Shown: positions 18,936 to 29,318 of the stretch, one piece after another | Layout of the letters: each line of letters starts with the position of its first letter | Numbering within the stretch: the first letter of the stretch is position 1 | NCBI GenBank assembly: GCA_947258565.1 | Contig: CAMYJB010000024.1 | Coordinates: forward strand, 7,553-71,552 | DNA length: 64,000 nt | Direction of reading: 5' to 3' | Origin: an uncultured Woeseiaceae bacterium | Lineage (GTDB): Bacteria; Pseudomonadota; Gammaproteobacteria; Steroidobacterales; Woeseiaceae | Notes under the pieces: model-generated | Database searches by the model: none | Told to the model about the DNA's origin: nothing | Seen by the model: only the letters and a program-made list of their open reading frames with translations | Made by a program: the position numbers and the translations under genes

Positions 18936-18993
18936 CGAACCAGCGACTTCTACCTCCCGAAGATAGCGCTCTACCAGGCTGAGCTATACCCCG
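18917..18993 (-). tRNA. tRNA-Pro(CGG)
   Basis: CGGGGTA..AGCTCAGCCTGGTAGAGCG, anticodon arm CTATC-TTCGGGA-GGTAG, GGTTCGAATCC, encoded CCA; 77 nt. Confidence 0.97.
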
Positions 18994-19002
18994 ATGCGAA
19001 TC

Positions 19003-20001
19003 TCAGGAGCGGCGGCGTACCGAGAAATCGGCGATGGCGACGAGGGCCTGCTTGTAGTCCGAGTCGGGAATTCCGGACAAGGCGCTGATTGCCACGTCGG
19101 CGGCTTCCTGAGCGCGCGCCGCAGTGTACTGGAGCGCCCCGGTGGATTCAACGATTGTCTGGACCCTCTCGAGATCGTCGAGCCCGCCCTCGCGGATCGC
19201 ATTGCGAATCAGCTCGCGTTCCTCGGATGCACCGTGCTGCATGGCGTAAATGAGCGGCAGGGTCGCCTTGCCCTCGGCCAGGTCATCGCCGAGATTCTTG
19301 CCGAGTTCGTCAGGCGATGCATCGAAGTCGAGTGCATCATCCACGAGCTGGAATGCCATGCCGAGATTGCGGCCGTACTCGACCATTGCCGCTTCGTCCG
19401 TCCCGGAGCGTTCTGCGAGTACTGCGGCAATTTGTGCCCCCGCTTCGAACAGGCGCGCCGTCTTGCGGTAGATAACCTGCCGGTAGGCCTCCTCCGTCGT
19501 GTCCGGGTCGTGTACGTTCATGAGCTGCAGCACCTCGCCCGCCGCGATGGTATTGGTGGCGTCGGCAAGTATTTTCATGACGCGCATACTGCCGATGTCG
19601 ACCATCATCTGGAAAGCGCGGGAGTAGAGGAAGTCACCGACCAGGACGCTGGCCTGGTTGCCGAAGACCGTGTTCGCCGAATCCTGGCCGCGGCGCCGCG
19701 ACGACGAGTCGACCACATCGTCATGCAGCAGCGTGGCCGTATGGATGAACTCGATAATCGCTGCCGCGCGCACATGATGCTCGCCCGCGTAACCGAAGGC
19801 GCGCGCGGTCAGCAGGACGATGAGCGGCCGCAGCCGCTTACCGCCGCTGGCCACGATGTAACGGGATACCTGCGAGACCAGCGCGACGTCGCTCTCGAGA
19901 CTCTTCGAAATCAGGCGGTCGACCGCCTCCATGTCGTTCCGGGCGAGGTTGCTGACGGCGTCGAACGTGACCGTTTCTAATGGTTTTTCTGCTGCATGCA
20001 T
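19003..20001 (-). CDS. ispB: Octaprenyl-diphosphate synthase
   Basis: GGKRLRP, EFIHTATLLHDDVVD..RRG, LVGDFLYSRAF, FQLVDDALD, GDDLAEGK.TLP; start 20001 or 20007; divergent from rplU. Confidence 0.95.
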   Translation of the reverse strand: MHAAEKPLETVTFDAVSNLARNDMEAVDRLISKSLESDVALVSQVSRYIVASGGKRLRPLIVLLTARAFGYAGEHHVRAAAIIEFIHTATLLHDDVVDSSSRRRGQDSANTVFGNQASVLVGDFLYSRAFQMMVDIGSMRVMKILADATNTIAAGEVLQLMNVHDPDTTEEAYRQVIYRKTARLFEAGAQIAAVLAERSGTDEAAMVEYGRNLGMAFQLVDDALDFDASPDELGKNLGDDLAEGKATLPLIYAMQHGASEERELIRNAIREGGLDDLERVQTIVESTGALQYTAARAQEAADVAISALSGIPDSDYKQALVAIADFSVRRRS

Positions 20002-20118
20002 AAGCATGCGATAATGCCTGAAAGAATCGTTCCAGGCGACCCGGGAGGGGCCCTGTCCGGTGCGCTCAGCGGCACCGCAAGCCTTTGAAAAGAAGCCGGA
20101 ATTTGCGGCTGTCCGGCG

Positions 20119-20147
20119 TTGACCCGGGGCGGTGGAATCTATAGAAT
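20119..20147 (+). promoter_or_regulatory. sigma70 promoter of rplU-rpmA
   Basis: TTGACC-N17-TAGAAT. Confidence 0.7.
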
Positions 20148-20268
20148 TCCCGCTCTTTTGCGATGTCCGCCGTGCGAGAGATCCGTGTCGAACTCGAGGC
20201 GCCCGCAAAAAATACTTGATTCTCAGTAAGTTGCGCAATAACGCGGCTTACGCGACGGAGCAAACACG

Positions 20269-20781
20269 ATGTATGCGGTTTTTCGCACCGGCGGCAAACA
20301 GTACCGCGCGGCCAAGGGTGACGTCCTGCGCCTCGAAAAAATAGAGGCTGACGAGGGCGCTACGATTACGTTCGACGAGGTTCTGCTTGTCGGAGAGGGC
20401 GCTGACGTCAGGGTCGGCGATCCGCTTCTGTCCGGCACTTCCGTCAGCGGCAAGGTTCTGAGCCAGGGCAAAACGAAGAAGGTCAATGTCGTCAAGTTCA
20501 AGCGGCGCCAGAACTACTTGCGGCAGGGCTCACACCGGCAGTTCTACACCGAGGTAGAAATCACCGGTATCAGCGCTTCCGGCGCGAAGAAGGCTGCGCC
20601 GAAGAAAGAAGCGGCAGAAAAGCCTGTGCCGACAGAAGAGGCCAAGGCCAAGCCGGCAGCGAAGAAAAAAGCAGCTAAGAAGACGGCTGCCAAGAAGACT
20701 GCGTCGAAGAAAACCACCAAGAAGAAGACCGCTGCGAAGAAGACCGCAGCTAAAAAGAAAGCGGCAAAGAAGACTTCTTAA
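20269..20781 (+). CDS. rplU: 50S ribosomal protein L21 with Lys/Ala-rich C-terminal extension
   Basis: MYAVFRTGGKQY...KFKRRQNY...HRQFYTEVEITGI, then about 68 aa rich in AAKK/TAAKK repeats. Confidence 0.98.
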   Translation: MYAVFRTGGKQYRAAKGDVLRLEKIEADEGATITFDEVLLVGEGADVRVGDPLLSGTSVSGKVLSQGKTKKVNVVKFKRRQNYLRQGSHRQFYTEVEITGISASGAKKAAPKKEAAEKPVPTEEAKAKPAAKKKAAKKTAAKKTASKKTTKKKTAAKKTAAKKKAAKKTS

Positions 20782-20799
20782 CAGGATAGGTACAGATCA

Positions 20800-21051
20800 A
20801 TGGCACATAAAAAGGCAGGCGGCAGCAGTAAGAACGGCCGCGATTCGGAAAGTAAACGCTTAGGCGTCAAGATTTTCGGCGGCCAGCAGGTCACTGCGGG
20901 CAACATCATCGTGCGTCAGCGCGGTACCCGTTTTCATGCTGGCGTGAACGTGGGCATCGGCCGCGACCACACGCTGTTCGCAAAGAAGGACGGCCATGTC
21001 AGGTTCGAGCGAAAAGGCCCGAAAAACCGTCAGTTTGTCAGCGTCGAGTAG
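20800..21051 (+). CDS. rpmA: 50S ribosomal protein L27
   Basis: [24 protein letters not shown]...GRDHTLFA. Confidence 0.99.
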   Translation: MAHKKAGGSSKNGRDSESKRLGVKIFGGQQVTAGNIIVRQRGTRFHAGVNVGIGRDHTLFAKKDGHVRFERKGPKNRQFVSVE

Positions 21052-21089
21052 TGAGCACTGCCGCGTGCCGGCCGGCGCGATGATCGTAA

Positions 21090-22178
<1,089 letters not shown>

Positions 22179-22188
22179 ATTCCACTCC

Positions 22189-22211
22189 GGGCGACTTGCC
22201 GTCGCCCTTTT
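22189..22211 (+). terminator. Intrinsic terminator after obgE
   Basis: GGGCGAC-TTGCC-GTCGCCC-TTTT. Confidence 0.65.
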
Positions 22212-22407
22212 ACATCGACCTCCTCTGACCGGACATAAGTCGCGATCGCTGTCACAGTTCGGGCCTAGAAGTCCCTCCTCGAGTCCGCAAATTGGACGTG
22301 GTTCTCAGCCTGAAACCCGCGTCATTGCTAGCATTTAACCGTGGCCGTGGATGTCCGGGTAATGCCTGGAACCACGGTACGGAGCTATTCGAAGCAGGGA
22401 TTATGTG

Positions 22408-22950
22408 ATGCGAAGGGACGGCGGTTTTACGCTGATTGAAATGATGATCGCGATTGCGCTCGTTGCCATATTGCTGGCGACGGCGGTCCCTGCGCTCGAC
22501 GATTTCACCAACGACGCCAGGCAGACAGGCGCGATCAACGACTTTATTTCATCGATGCACCTGGCTCGAAACACCGCCATCACGACGAATTCGCGCGTCA
22601 CGATGTGCGCCAGCGCATCGGGTACGAACTGCGAGGTCACCTCCTGGGATAACGGCTGGATCGTATTTGGCGATCTCAACAGCAATGGCGCGCTCGATGC
22701 TGGCGAGACAATCGTTTCCGCCTCGGCCGCCGTTGACGGCCTGAACATTCAATCGGGTGAATTTCCGGCGGCGCTTATGTACCGCCCCAATGGCCGGGCG
22801 ATGACTGCTGCATTGACCGGAAATTCCGGCGAATTCGCAGTCTGCGACTTCCGCGGGGCCACGCACGCCAAGGTGATCCTTGTCGAGTTGTCCGGCCGCC
22901 CCAGGATGTCGAAAACGAAGGCGAATGGTGCGCCTCCAACCTGTATCTGA
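22408..22950 (+). CDS. Type IV minor pilin FimU/FimT (GspH family), cluster 1
   Basis: Class III signal G|FTLIEMMIAIA; ARNTAI..VTMCAS, W.NGWIVF.D, SGRPR. Confidence 0.9.
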   Translation: MRRDGGFTLIEMMIAIALVAILLATAVPALDDFTNDARQTGAINDFISSMHLARNTAITTNSRVTMCASASGTNCEVTSWDNGWIVFGDLNSNGALDAGETIVSASAAVDGLNIQSGEFPAALMYRPNGRAMTAALTGNSGEFAVCDFRGATHAKVILVELSGRPRMSKTKANGAPPTCI

Positions 22951-22975
22951 CCAACCGGGAATACGGAGACCGCGT

Positions 22976-23557
22976 GTGCTGAATACGAGCAACAGACTGC
23001 AAGGCTTTTCGCTGCTGGAACTGCTAATTGCATTGGTGGTATTCAGTATCGGTCTGCTCGCGATTGCAGGCCTGCAAACCGTGTCCAAGCAGGCGAACTT
23101 CGAGGCAGTGCAGCGCACGACCGCAGCGCAGGTCGCTAACGGTCTGCTCGAGGACATGCGGACCAACGGCAACGGCATCGCTATCTATGCCGCCGCGCCG
23201 CAGCTCGGGGGCGGGGTAATCGGTGCTGAGCCAGCCCCGAATTGTCGCGACGGCAATGAGTGCAATGCCGCACAAAAGGCAGCACACGATCTCTGGTTCT
23301 GGGAGCAGGTGCTGGACGGCAATCTCGAGACGAACGGCGGAATTGCCGCGGGCGGTCTCGTTCTGCCGTCGCTCTGCATAACCGCCCCCGCGGGTGGTGG
23401 TGCGGGGGCCTACACGGTGACGATCGTCTGGCGCGGCACGGCCTCGATCAACTCCAACATCGCAAACCCCTGCGGTACGGCGAGCGGCAATTACGGTGCG
23501 CAGAATGAGTTCCGGCGCATCGTGCAAATCCCCACCTTCATCGACCCCAATTTCTGA
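22976..23557 (+). CDS. pilV: Type IV minor pilin PilV, cluster 1
   Basis: QG|FSLLELLIALVVFSIGLLAIAGLQ, LEDMRTN, AAHDLWFW; GTG start after GGAG. Confidence 0.9.
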   Translation: MLNTSNRLQGFSLLELLIALVVFSIGLLAIAGLQTVSKQANFEAVQRTTAAQVANGLLEDMRTNGNGIAIYAAAPQLGGGVIGAEPAPNCRDGNECNAAQKAAHDLWFWEQVLDGNLETNGGIAAGGLVLPSLCITAPAGGGAGAYTVTIVWRGTASINSNIANPCGTASGNYGAQNEFRRIVQIPTFIDPNF

Positions 23558-23567
23558 GCAAATCGCC

Positions 23568-24563
23568 ATGCAGAAGCCAGACACCAAATTGCAATCCGGA
23601 TTCACCCTGGTCGAGATCATGGTGGCGATGGTGCTGTCGCTGATACTCGGCGTCGCGATCGTGACGGTGTTCGTCAACAACAGCCACAGCTTCAGCCAGG
23701 ACGACAACGTAATGCGCATGCAGGATGACGCCCGCTATGCGCTACAGCAAATCGCCTTCGATCTCAGCATGGCCGGGCACTACGCGGAACTGCTGTCGCC
23801 GGCGGCCGTTACCCCGGATACAAACCTGGCCATCGGAATGGACTGCGGACCGGCAGGAGCCACGAACTGGGCTTACCAGACCACGCAACCGGGGACGGGT
23901 GATTCGCTTTCGCTCGTTGCAATCGACAACGTCACGAGTGCCCAGGTGGTGGCGGGCCACTCCTGTTTTCTCAATGACGAGGTGGCGCCGGGAACCGACG
24001 TTGTCTCGATCAAGCGTGTGGCCGGCGCCGAGGCGGCGGTATTCAGGGACGGCGCCGTCTACCTGCGCACCAACGGCACCGTGGGACTGATGTACCTCCA
24101 GCCGTTGACGGGCACGCCGACCGTTCCCATAGCGCTGCCGCGGACCGAGTGGGAGTACCGTCCGGCGATCTATTACATACGTCAGTGGGCTAATGTGCTT
24201 GGAGACAACATCCCGACGCTGTGCAGGAAGGCACTTGGTGGTGCGGGTCCGAGCATGCAGACGGAATGCATCGCCACCGGTATCGAAGACCTGCAAATCG
24301 AATACGGCATCGATACGAGCGGCGACGGCAACCCGAACGTATACATGTCGGCGCCGACGCTCGCCGAACTGCAGAACGTCGTCTCGGCACGTATTTACCT
24401 CTTGGCACGCACCACGGACGTGGACGTGCGCTACACCAACCAGAAGTCGTTTTCGATCGGCAACGCGCCGGTCTACACGCCGAACGACTCGTTTCACCGC
24501 CGCGTCTATTCAACGACGGTGTCGGTCCAGAACATCCGCAGCATGAACATGATGGGATTTTGA
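23568..24563 (+). CDS. pilW: Type IV minor pilin PilW, cluster 1
   Basis: SG|FTLVEIMVAM, MQDDARYAL...DLSMAG, GIEDLQIEYGID, VVSARIYLLAR. Confidence 0.92.
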   Translation: MQKPDTKLQSGFTLVEIMVAMVLSLILGVAIVTVFVNNSHSFSQDDNVMRMQDDARYALQQIAFDLSMAGHYAELLSPAAVTPDTNLAIGMDCGPAGATNWAYQTTQPGTGDSLSLVAIDNVTSAQVVAGHSCFLNDEVAPGTDVVSIKRVAGAEAAVFRDGAVYLRTNGTVGLMYLQPLTGTPTVPIALPRTEWEYRPAIYYIRQWANVLGDNIPTLCRKALGGAGPSMQTECIATGIEDLQIEYGIDTSGDGNPNVYMSAPTLAELQNVVSARIYLLARTTDVDVRYTNQKSFSIGNAPVYTPNDSFHRRVYSTTVSVQNIRSMNMMGF

Positions 24564-24564
24564 T

Positions 24565-25077
24565 ATGAGCAGGCAATCCACAATACCCAGGAGCAGGCAG
24601 CAAGGTGCCATTCTCGTGATCGCGTTGATGTTCCTGATAGCCATCACGCTGTTGACGCTATCGTCAATGCGCGCCACGAACATCGGTCTTTACATGGCGC
24701 AGAACGAGGAGTCGCGCATCGCCGCCGAGCAGGCAGCGCAGGCGCTTGCAGACGCCATCGTCGCAAATCCGGGTGCCACGCCGGTATACGGATTGCAGGG
24801 TTTCACGGCCTGTACCACGGGGCAGACAGACTGCGACAGATACGATCTGCCGGTCGGGGACCCCGTGCTGGAAGCGGCCATCGCGTCTGATCACATCAGC
24901 GCGCGCGTCGAGCGCGTGGGGCCGATATTCCGGCCGCCGCCACGCGTCGTTGAATCGAGTATCGACAAATTCACGAGTGCGGGATTCCGGGTCACGACAA
25001 CCTACGACCGCATGGACGAAGGGCTGGGACGCCAGCAGGTATCGCAGGGCGTACTCGTCCTCGTGCCCAAGCAGTAA
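24565..25077 (+). CDS. pilX: Type IV minor pilin PilX, cluster 1
   Basis: QQG|AILVIALMFLIAITLL, lacking E5 as is typical of PilX; MAQN...AEQAA. Confidence 0.88.
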   Translation: MSRQSTIPRSRQQGAILVIALMFLIAITLLTLSSMRATNIGLYMAQNEESRIAAEQAAQALADAIVANPGATPVYGLQGFTACTTGQTDCDRYDLPVGDPVLEAAIASDHISARVERVGPIFRPPPRVVESSIDKFTSAGFRVTTTYDRMDEGLGRQQVSQGVLVLVPKQ

Positions 25078-25101
25078 TCCCCAGATTGGGAGTATTGAGC
25101 T

Positions 25102-28100
25102 ATGGACACCATTATCAGAAAGATCGCAATCAGCACGGCGCTTGCGGCGCTTGTATGCACGGTCGGATCGGCGCGGGCAGACGATACGGACGTCTACCTG
25201 AATCCCGGATCCGGCTTGCCGGCGGGCAGTGAGCCGATGGTAATGTTTTCGATCGACTATCGACCCAATCTCGGCTCCACGGCGTGCAACGGGAACGAGT
25301 GCGACACCCTGATCGCCGAAGGTTATATGAGCCCGAACGGGCCCTATACGTTCTTCGACGTGTTGCGCGGGGCGCTCAAGAAAGTGTTCGAACCCCTCGA
25401 GGGCGTGCGGGTCGGCCTGATGATCAATCACAACAACAATAATAATTGCGAAGGCTTCGGTCGCACCAACAAGTGCAGCAACGGCGGCTACATCGCGATG
25501 GGCTTCGAGCGCCTGGAAGCGAATGATGCGAACGGCGCGAAGGCGCGTTTCCAAAGTATCCTGGATTCGATGCCGACCCCGCAGGGCAACGTCAGCCATC
25601 CCTACCAGGGCAAGGAACTGTTCTTCGAGTTCTTCCGCTACCTGACCGGCCAGGGCGTCTACAATGCCCACAACGGATACACCGATTTCGGCACGAAAAA
25701 CACCTTTAATCTCGATACCGATTATCCGGCCATCGCCTGGGATCCGCTGATCGAGTGGGGGCCGAAGACGAAGCCCCGGTACGTCAGTCCTCTCGAGAAT
25801 GCCGGGGCCTGTTCGAAGGTCTACACCGTGAACGTCATGTTCCAGGTGTCCCAGCAGGAGGACGATTCTGATGCCGCGATTATGGATCCGGTCGGAAGCG
25901 GCGGATTCGGCTCGCCGCAGCGGCAATTCCCGGACGTCGTTCAGTACCTGTACGACGCGGATCTGGCGAACGGCAACTACGGTTCTGTGCCTGACCTGGA
26001 AGACAAGCAAAACGTCATCTCCTACTTCATCGTTGACGGCTCCAAGATCAACACGACGACTCGGGGCTACGCGCGGGCCGGCGGCACGGGCGTGCCGCTT
26101 GCGCTCAGCGAGAACCCCGATGAACTCGTCGAAACCCTGAACGAGATCTTCAAGCAGATCCTCAGCGTCAGCACGACCTTCGTGGCCGCATCGGTACCGG
26201 TGAACGTATTCAATCGCGCCGAGATCACGGACAACGTCTACATTGCGCTGTTCCAGGTTGACGGACAGGCGCGTCCGTACTGGGTCGGCAACGTGAAGAA
26301 ACTGAAGATCGCGGGCGCGAACAATGCTGCGTCGGCGGGTACGATCGTCGACTCACTCGGTGACCCGGCGGTCGCGGCCGATGGCAGGATCCGCTTCGAT
26401 GCGCTGACGAGCTGGACCGATCCGGTCCAGCTGCCGCCGGCCGACCTGGACGCGGGTGAAGTCAACGGCCGCGACGGGCGGACCGTCGCGCGCGGCGGCG
26501 CCGGCCAGCGCATTGCGGGCTTCCTGGGCGACGGGCCGCGGGAAGCAAACGGGTTCGGCGGACGGACGATTTACTATGACAAGACATCGTCGTCGCTCGC
26601 CGACTTCAATGTTGATCCCGCGACGGCGGCGGAACTGCAGCCTGACTTCGATGTCGCGACGGTTGCGGAAGCCGAAGAACTCATCGCGTACGGGCGCGGG
26701 CTCGACGTTGACGACCTCGATGGCGACGACGACAGGAACGATGCCCGCGAGTGGATATTCGGCGATCCGCTGCATTCGCGGCCGCTGCCCATCAACTACG
26801 GTGCGATCGGCGGATTCAGTGAGCCGTATAACCCCGGTATCTATGTCGCGGTCGCCTCGAACGACGGCATGCTGCGCATGATCCGCAATACGCGCACGAG
26901 CGGCGGTGATACCGGTGAAGAAGTCTGGGCATTCATGCCGCGCAAGTCGATGGCAGCGCAGAAAGTTCTGCGCGCCAACGGCACGGGCATGAAGCACCCC
27001 TACACGCTGGATGGGGCGCCGGTCGCATTCATCTGGGACAAGAATTTCGACGGCAATATCGTGGCCAACGATGGCGACCGCGTGTTCCTCTATGTCGGCA
27101 TGCGCCGTGGCGGAAAAGCCTACTACGCGCTCGACGTAACCTACCCGGAATCGCCGCGGCTGATGTGGACGATCGAGAAGAGCGGTGATTTCGCCGAACT
27201 CGGCTACACGTTCTCGAATCCGCGGGTAGGGCTCGTCAAGACCGCAAGTGGCGCGCGTCCCGCCGTGATGTTCGCGGGCGGCTACGACCTCAACAAGGAC
27301 ACGCGAGGCAGCGTCGGCACCGACGACAGCGAGGGCAACGCCCTGTTCGTCGTCGACGCCGTTACAGGCAGCCTGATCTGGAAGGCCCGCCGCGGTTCGG
27401 GTGGGGCCGGAAGCACGGTCTTCGAACACCCCGGGCTGACCGACAGCATTCCCTCGACGCTGACGGTAGCCGACACCGATGGCGACGGCTTAACCGATCG
27501 CATGGCCGTCGGTGACACGGGCGGCAATATCTGGCGTGCCGATATCGGCGGTGATGACACGTCGAAGTGGAAGCTGTCGGTGCTCGCATCCGTTGGGCGC
27601 CACGCCGCCGGCAGTTCCGGGATTGTCGACGACCGGCGATTCTTCCACCGGCCGGACCTGGTGCCGACCAAGGACGGCTACGGGCTGTTCGACGGCGTTG
27701 TCGTCGGTTCCGGCAACCGCGCGAATCCGCTGGACTCCGGCGGAGTCACGTCCGATTACGTCTACATGATCAAGGATCGCGGCACGGCGGTGGGCAGCGG
27801 CGTCGACACCGGCCTGCAGCACGTCGATTTCGGCGACGTTACCGACAACTGCCTCCAGTACGATCCTACCTGCAGCGTCGACCTCGAGGACGGCTGGCGC
27901 CTGAACATGCAGGACCCCGGGGAAAAGGTCCTGGCGACGCCGCTGACCGTGACCGGCAAGGTGTTCTTCACGACGTACCTGCCGCGCGGCGGCAGCTCGG
28001 CCACGGCCTGTGCGCCGTCCGAAGGCGCCGGGCGGCTATATGCCGTGTCGTTGCAGAACGCCACTGCCGTCATCAACTACGATACCAGTGACGATACGTC

Positions 28101-28323
28101 CGATGACCCGGATGCGCCGAACTCGACCGCCGACCGCAGCGTGGAACTGATCTCGGCGGGTATCCCGGCCGAGGTGGTGTCCATCCCGCCGAACAAGATC
28201 CTGCGCCCTGACCTGCAGATCGACGATGTCAATGCCGCAACCCGGTGGCGCACCTACTGGTTCCTGAACGAGGACGGCGATATCCAGAACACGACAACGA
28301 CCGGCGGAACCACCCAGCCGTGA
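25102..28323 (+). CDS. pilY1: PilY1/PilC tip adhesin, cluster 1
   Basis: Signal peptide ARA|DDTD; WVGNVKK, GDPLHSRP, NDGML, GEEVWAFMP, GMRRGGKAYYALDVT, Ca-loop DTDGDGLTD; 1073 aa. Confidence 0.93.
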   Translation: MDTIIRKIAISTALAALVCTVGSARADDTDVYLNPGSGLPAGSEPMVMFSIDYRPNLGSTACNGNECDTLIAEGYMSPNGPYTFFDVLRGALKKVFEPLEGVRVGLMINHNNNNNCEGFGRTNKCSNGGYIAMGFERLEANDANGAKARFQSILDSMPTPQGNVSHPYQGKELFFEFFRYLTGQGVYNAHNGYTDFGTKNTFNLDTDYPAIAWDPLIEWGPKTKPRYVSPLENAGACSKVYTVNVMFQVSQQEDDSDAAIMDPVGSGGFGSPQRQFPDVVQYLYDADLANGNYGSVPDLEDKQNVISYFIVDGSKINTTTRGYARAGGTGVPLALSENPDELVETLNEIFKQILSVSTTFVAASVPVNVFNRAEITDNVYIALFQVDGQARPYWVGNVKKLKIAGANNAASAGTIVDSLGDPAVAADGRIRFDALTSWTDPVQLPPADLDAGEVNGRDGRTVARGGAGQRIAGFLGDGPREANGFGGRTIYYDKTSSSLADFNVDPATAAELQPDFDVATVAEAEELIAYGRGLDVDDLDGDDDRNDAREWIFGDPLHSRPLPINYGAIGGFSEPYNPGIYVAVASNDGMLRMIRNTRTSGGDTGEEVWAFMPRKSMAAQKVLRANGTGMKHPYTLDGAPVAFIWDKNFDGNIVANDGDRVFLYVGMRRGGKAYYALDVTYPESPRLMWTIEKSGDFAELGYTFSNPRVGLVKTASGARPAVMFAGGYDLNKDTRGSVGTDDSEGNALFVVDAVTGSLIWKARRGSGGAGSTVFEHPGLTDSIPSTLTVADTDGDGLTDRMAVGDTGGNIWRADIGGDDTSKWKLSVLASVGRHAAGSSGIVDDRRFFHRPDLVPTKDGYGLFDGVVVGSGNRANPLDSGGVTSDYVYMIKDRGTAVGSGVDTGLQHVDFGDVTDNCLQYDPTCSVDLEDGWRLNMQDPGEKVLATPLTVTGKVFFTTYLPRGGSSATACAPSEGAGRLYAVSLQNATAVINYDTSDDTSDDPDAPNSTADRSVELISAGIPAEVVSIPPNKILRPDLQIDDVNAATRWRTYWFLNEDGDIQNTTTTGGTTQP

Positions 28324-28343
28324 ACCCGACAGGGAGTTTTTCG

Positions 28344-28802
28344 ATGCCTAGTGAGAAAGCACCACAGAAGCAAACCGGCGTAACGCTCATCGAGCTGATG
28401 ATCGTGATCGTCATTCTCGCCCTGGTTGTGGGCTTCGCCTACCCGTCCTACATGAACTACGTCGTGGACACCAAGCGCACCGCGGCCACATCGATACTCC
28501 TGCAGGTGGCCGACCGGCAGCAGCAGTTCTTCATGGACAACAAACGCTTCGCGAACGACCTTACGAACCTGGGTTTTGCGAATAACCCGCTCGTGATTGC
28601 GGACGACGGGCGCACGATGGCGAACGCTGCCGATTCGGCAAGCACCTATTCGGTCGCGCTGACAAATGTCACGGCGACCACCTACACGATCACCGCGGCG
28701 CCGCTCAACAGCCAGGCGGCGCGGGATGCGGAGTGCGGCTCGCTGACCCTGAATCAGACCCTGACGAAGGGCAGTAACGGCGGCAGCGACTGCTGGAAGT
28801 AG
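28344..28802 (+). CDS. pilE: Type IV minor pilin PilE, cluster 1
   Basis: TG|VTLIELMIVIVILALVVGFAYPSY, KRTAA..LL...QQQFF, C-terminal C...CW. Confidence 0.92.
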   Translation: MPSEKAPQKQTGVTLIELMIVIVILALVVGFAYPSYMNYVVDTKRTAATSILLQVADRQQQFFMDNKRFANDLTNLGFANNPLVIADDGRTMANAADSASTYSVALTNVTATTYTITAAPLNSQAARDAECGSLTLNQTLTKGSNGGSDCWK

Positions 28803-28853
28803 CGGCGGGAGGGCTGCAGGAGCGCTTCTCGACGCGCAATTTCCCGAAGCAAC

Positions 28854-28885
28854 AAAAAATGCCGCCCATCGAGGCGGCATTTTTT
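28854..28885. terminator. Bidirectional terminator between pilE and rpsT
   Basis: AAAAAATGCCGCC-CATCGA-GGCGGCATTTTTT. Confidence 0.88.
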
Positions 28886-28902
28886 ATCCGGTGTGGTCGG
28901 GC

Positions 28903-29169
28903 TCAGGCCGAGAGTTCTTTGATGCGCTTGTTAAGGCGGCTCTTGTGCCGGGCCGCCTTGTTCTTGTTCACGATGCCCTTGTTGACCATCGAGTCGATGA
29001 CCGGCACGGCTTGCTTGTAGGCGGCCTGTGCCGCATCCTTGTCACCGGCCTCGCAGGCCTTGATGACGTCCTTGATCTTGGTGCGCACGCGCGAGCGCAG
29101 GCCCATGTTGTGCTTGCGGGTCTTCTCCGCCTGCCTGGCGCGCTTCTGTGCCGACTTGATGTTTGCCAC
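28903..29169 (-). CDS. rpsT: 30S ribosomal protein S20
   Basis: [13 protein letters not shown]...[19 protein letters not shown] start. Confidence 0.99.
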   Translation of the reverse strand: MANIKSAQKRARQAEKTRKHNMGLRSRVRTKIKDVIKACEAGDKDAAQAAYKQAVPVIDSMVNKGIVNKNKAARHKSRLNKRIKELSA

Positions 29170-29204
29170 TGGTGGTTCCGTGTCCTGCTCTCAAAGAGCC
29201 GCGT

Positions 29205-29233
29205 ATTATTCGTGGCTGGCGGGTGAATGTCAA
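29205..29233 (-). promoter_or_regulatory. sigma70 promoter of rpsT
   Basis: Minus strand TTGACA-N17-AATAAT. Confidence 0.7.
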
Positions 29234-29318
29234 CGCCTGATTCGGGTCCCTAGCACGCCCGGGCGCCCGTCCTAAATGCCTGATTCCATGAATTTTCTGG
29301 GCTAAACTGAACGGCCTT

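Noticed and set aside
20640..20778. AAGAAG-rich repeats as a CRISPR or VNTR
   Set aside because: They are imperfect, codon-varied and in frame within rplU, so they reflect a protein-level Lys/Ala repeat.
22338..22378. Hairpin ACCGTGG...CCACGGT upstream of pilin cluster 1 as a regulatory RNA
   Set aside because: A 7-bp stem in GC-rich DNA can arise by chance and there is no covariation evidence.
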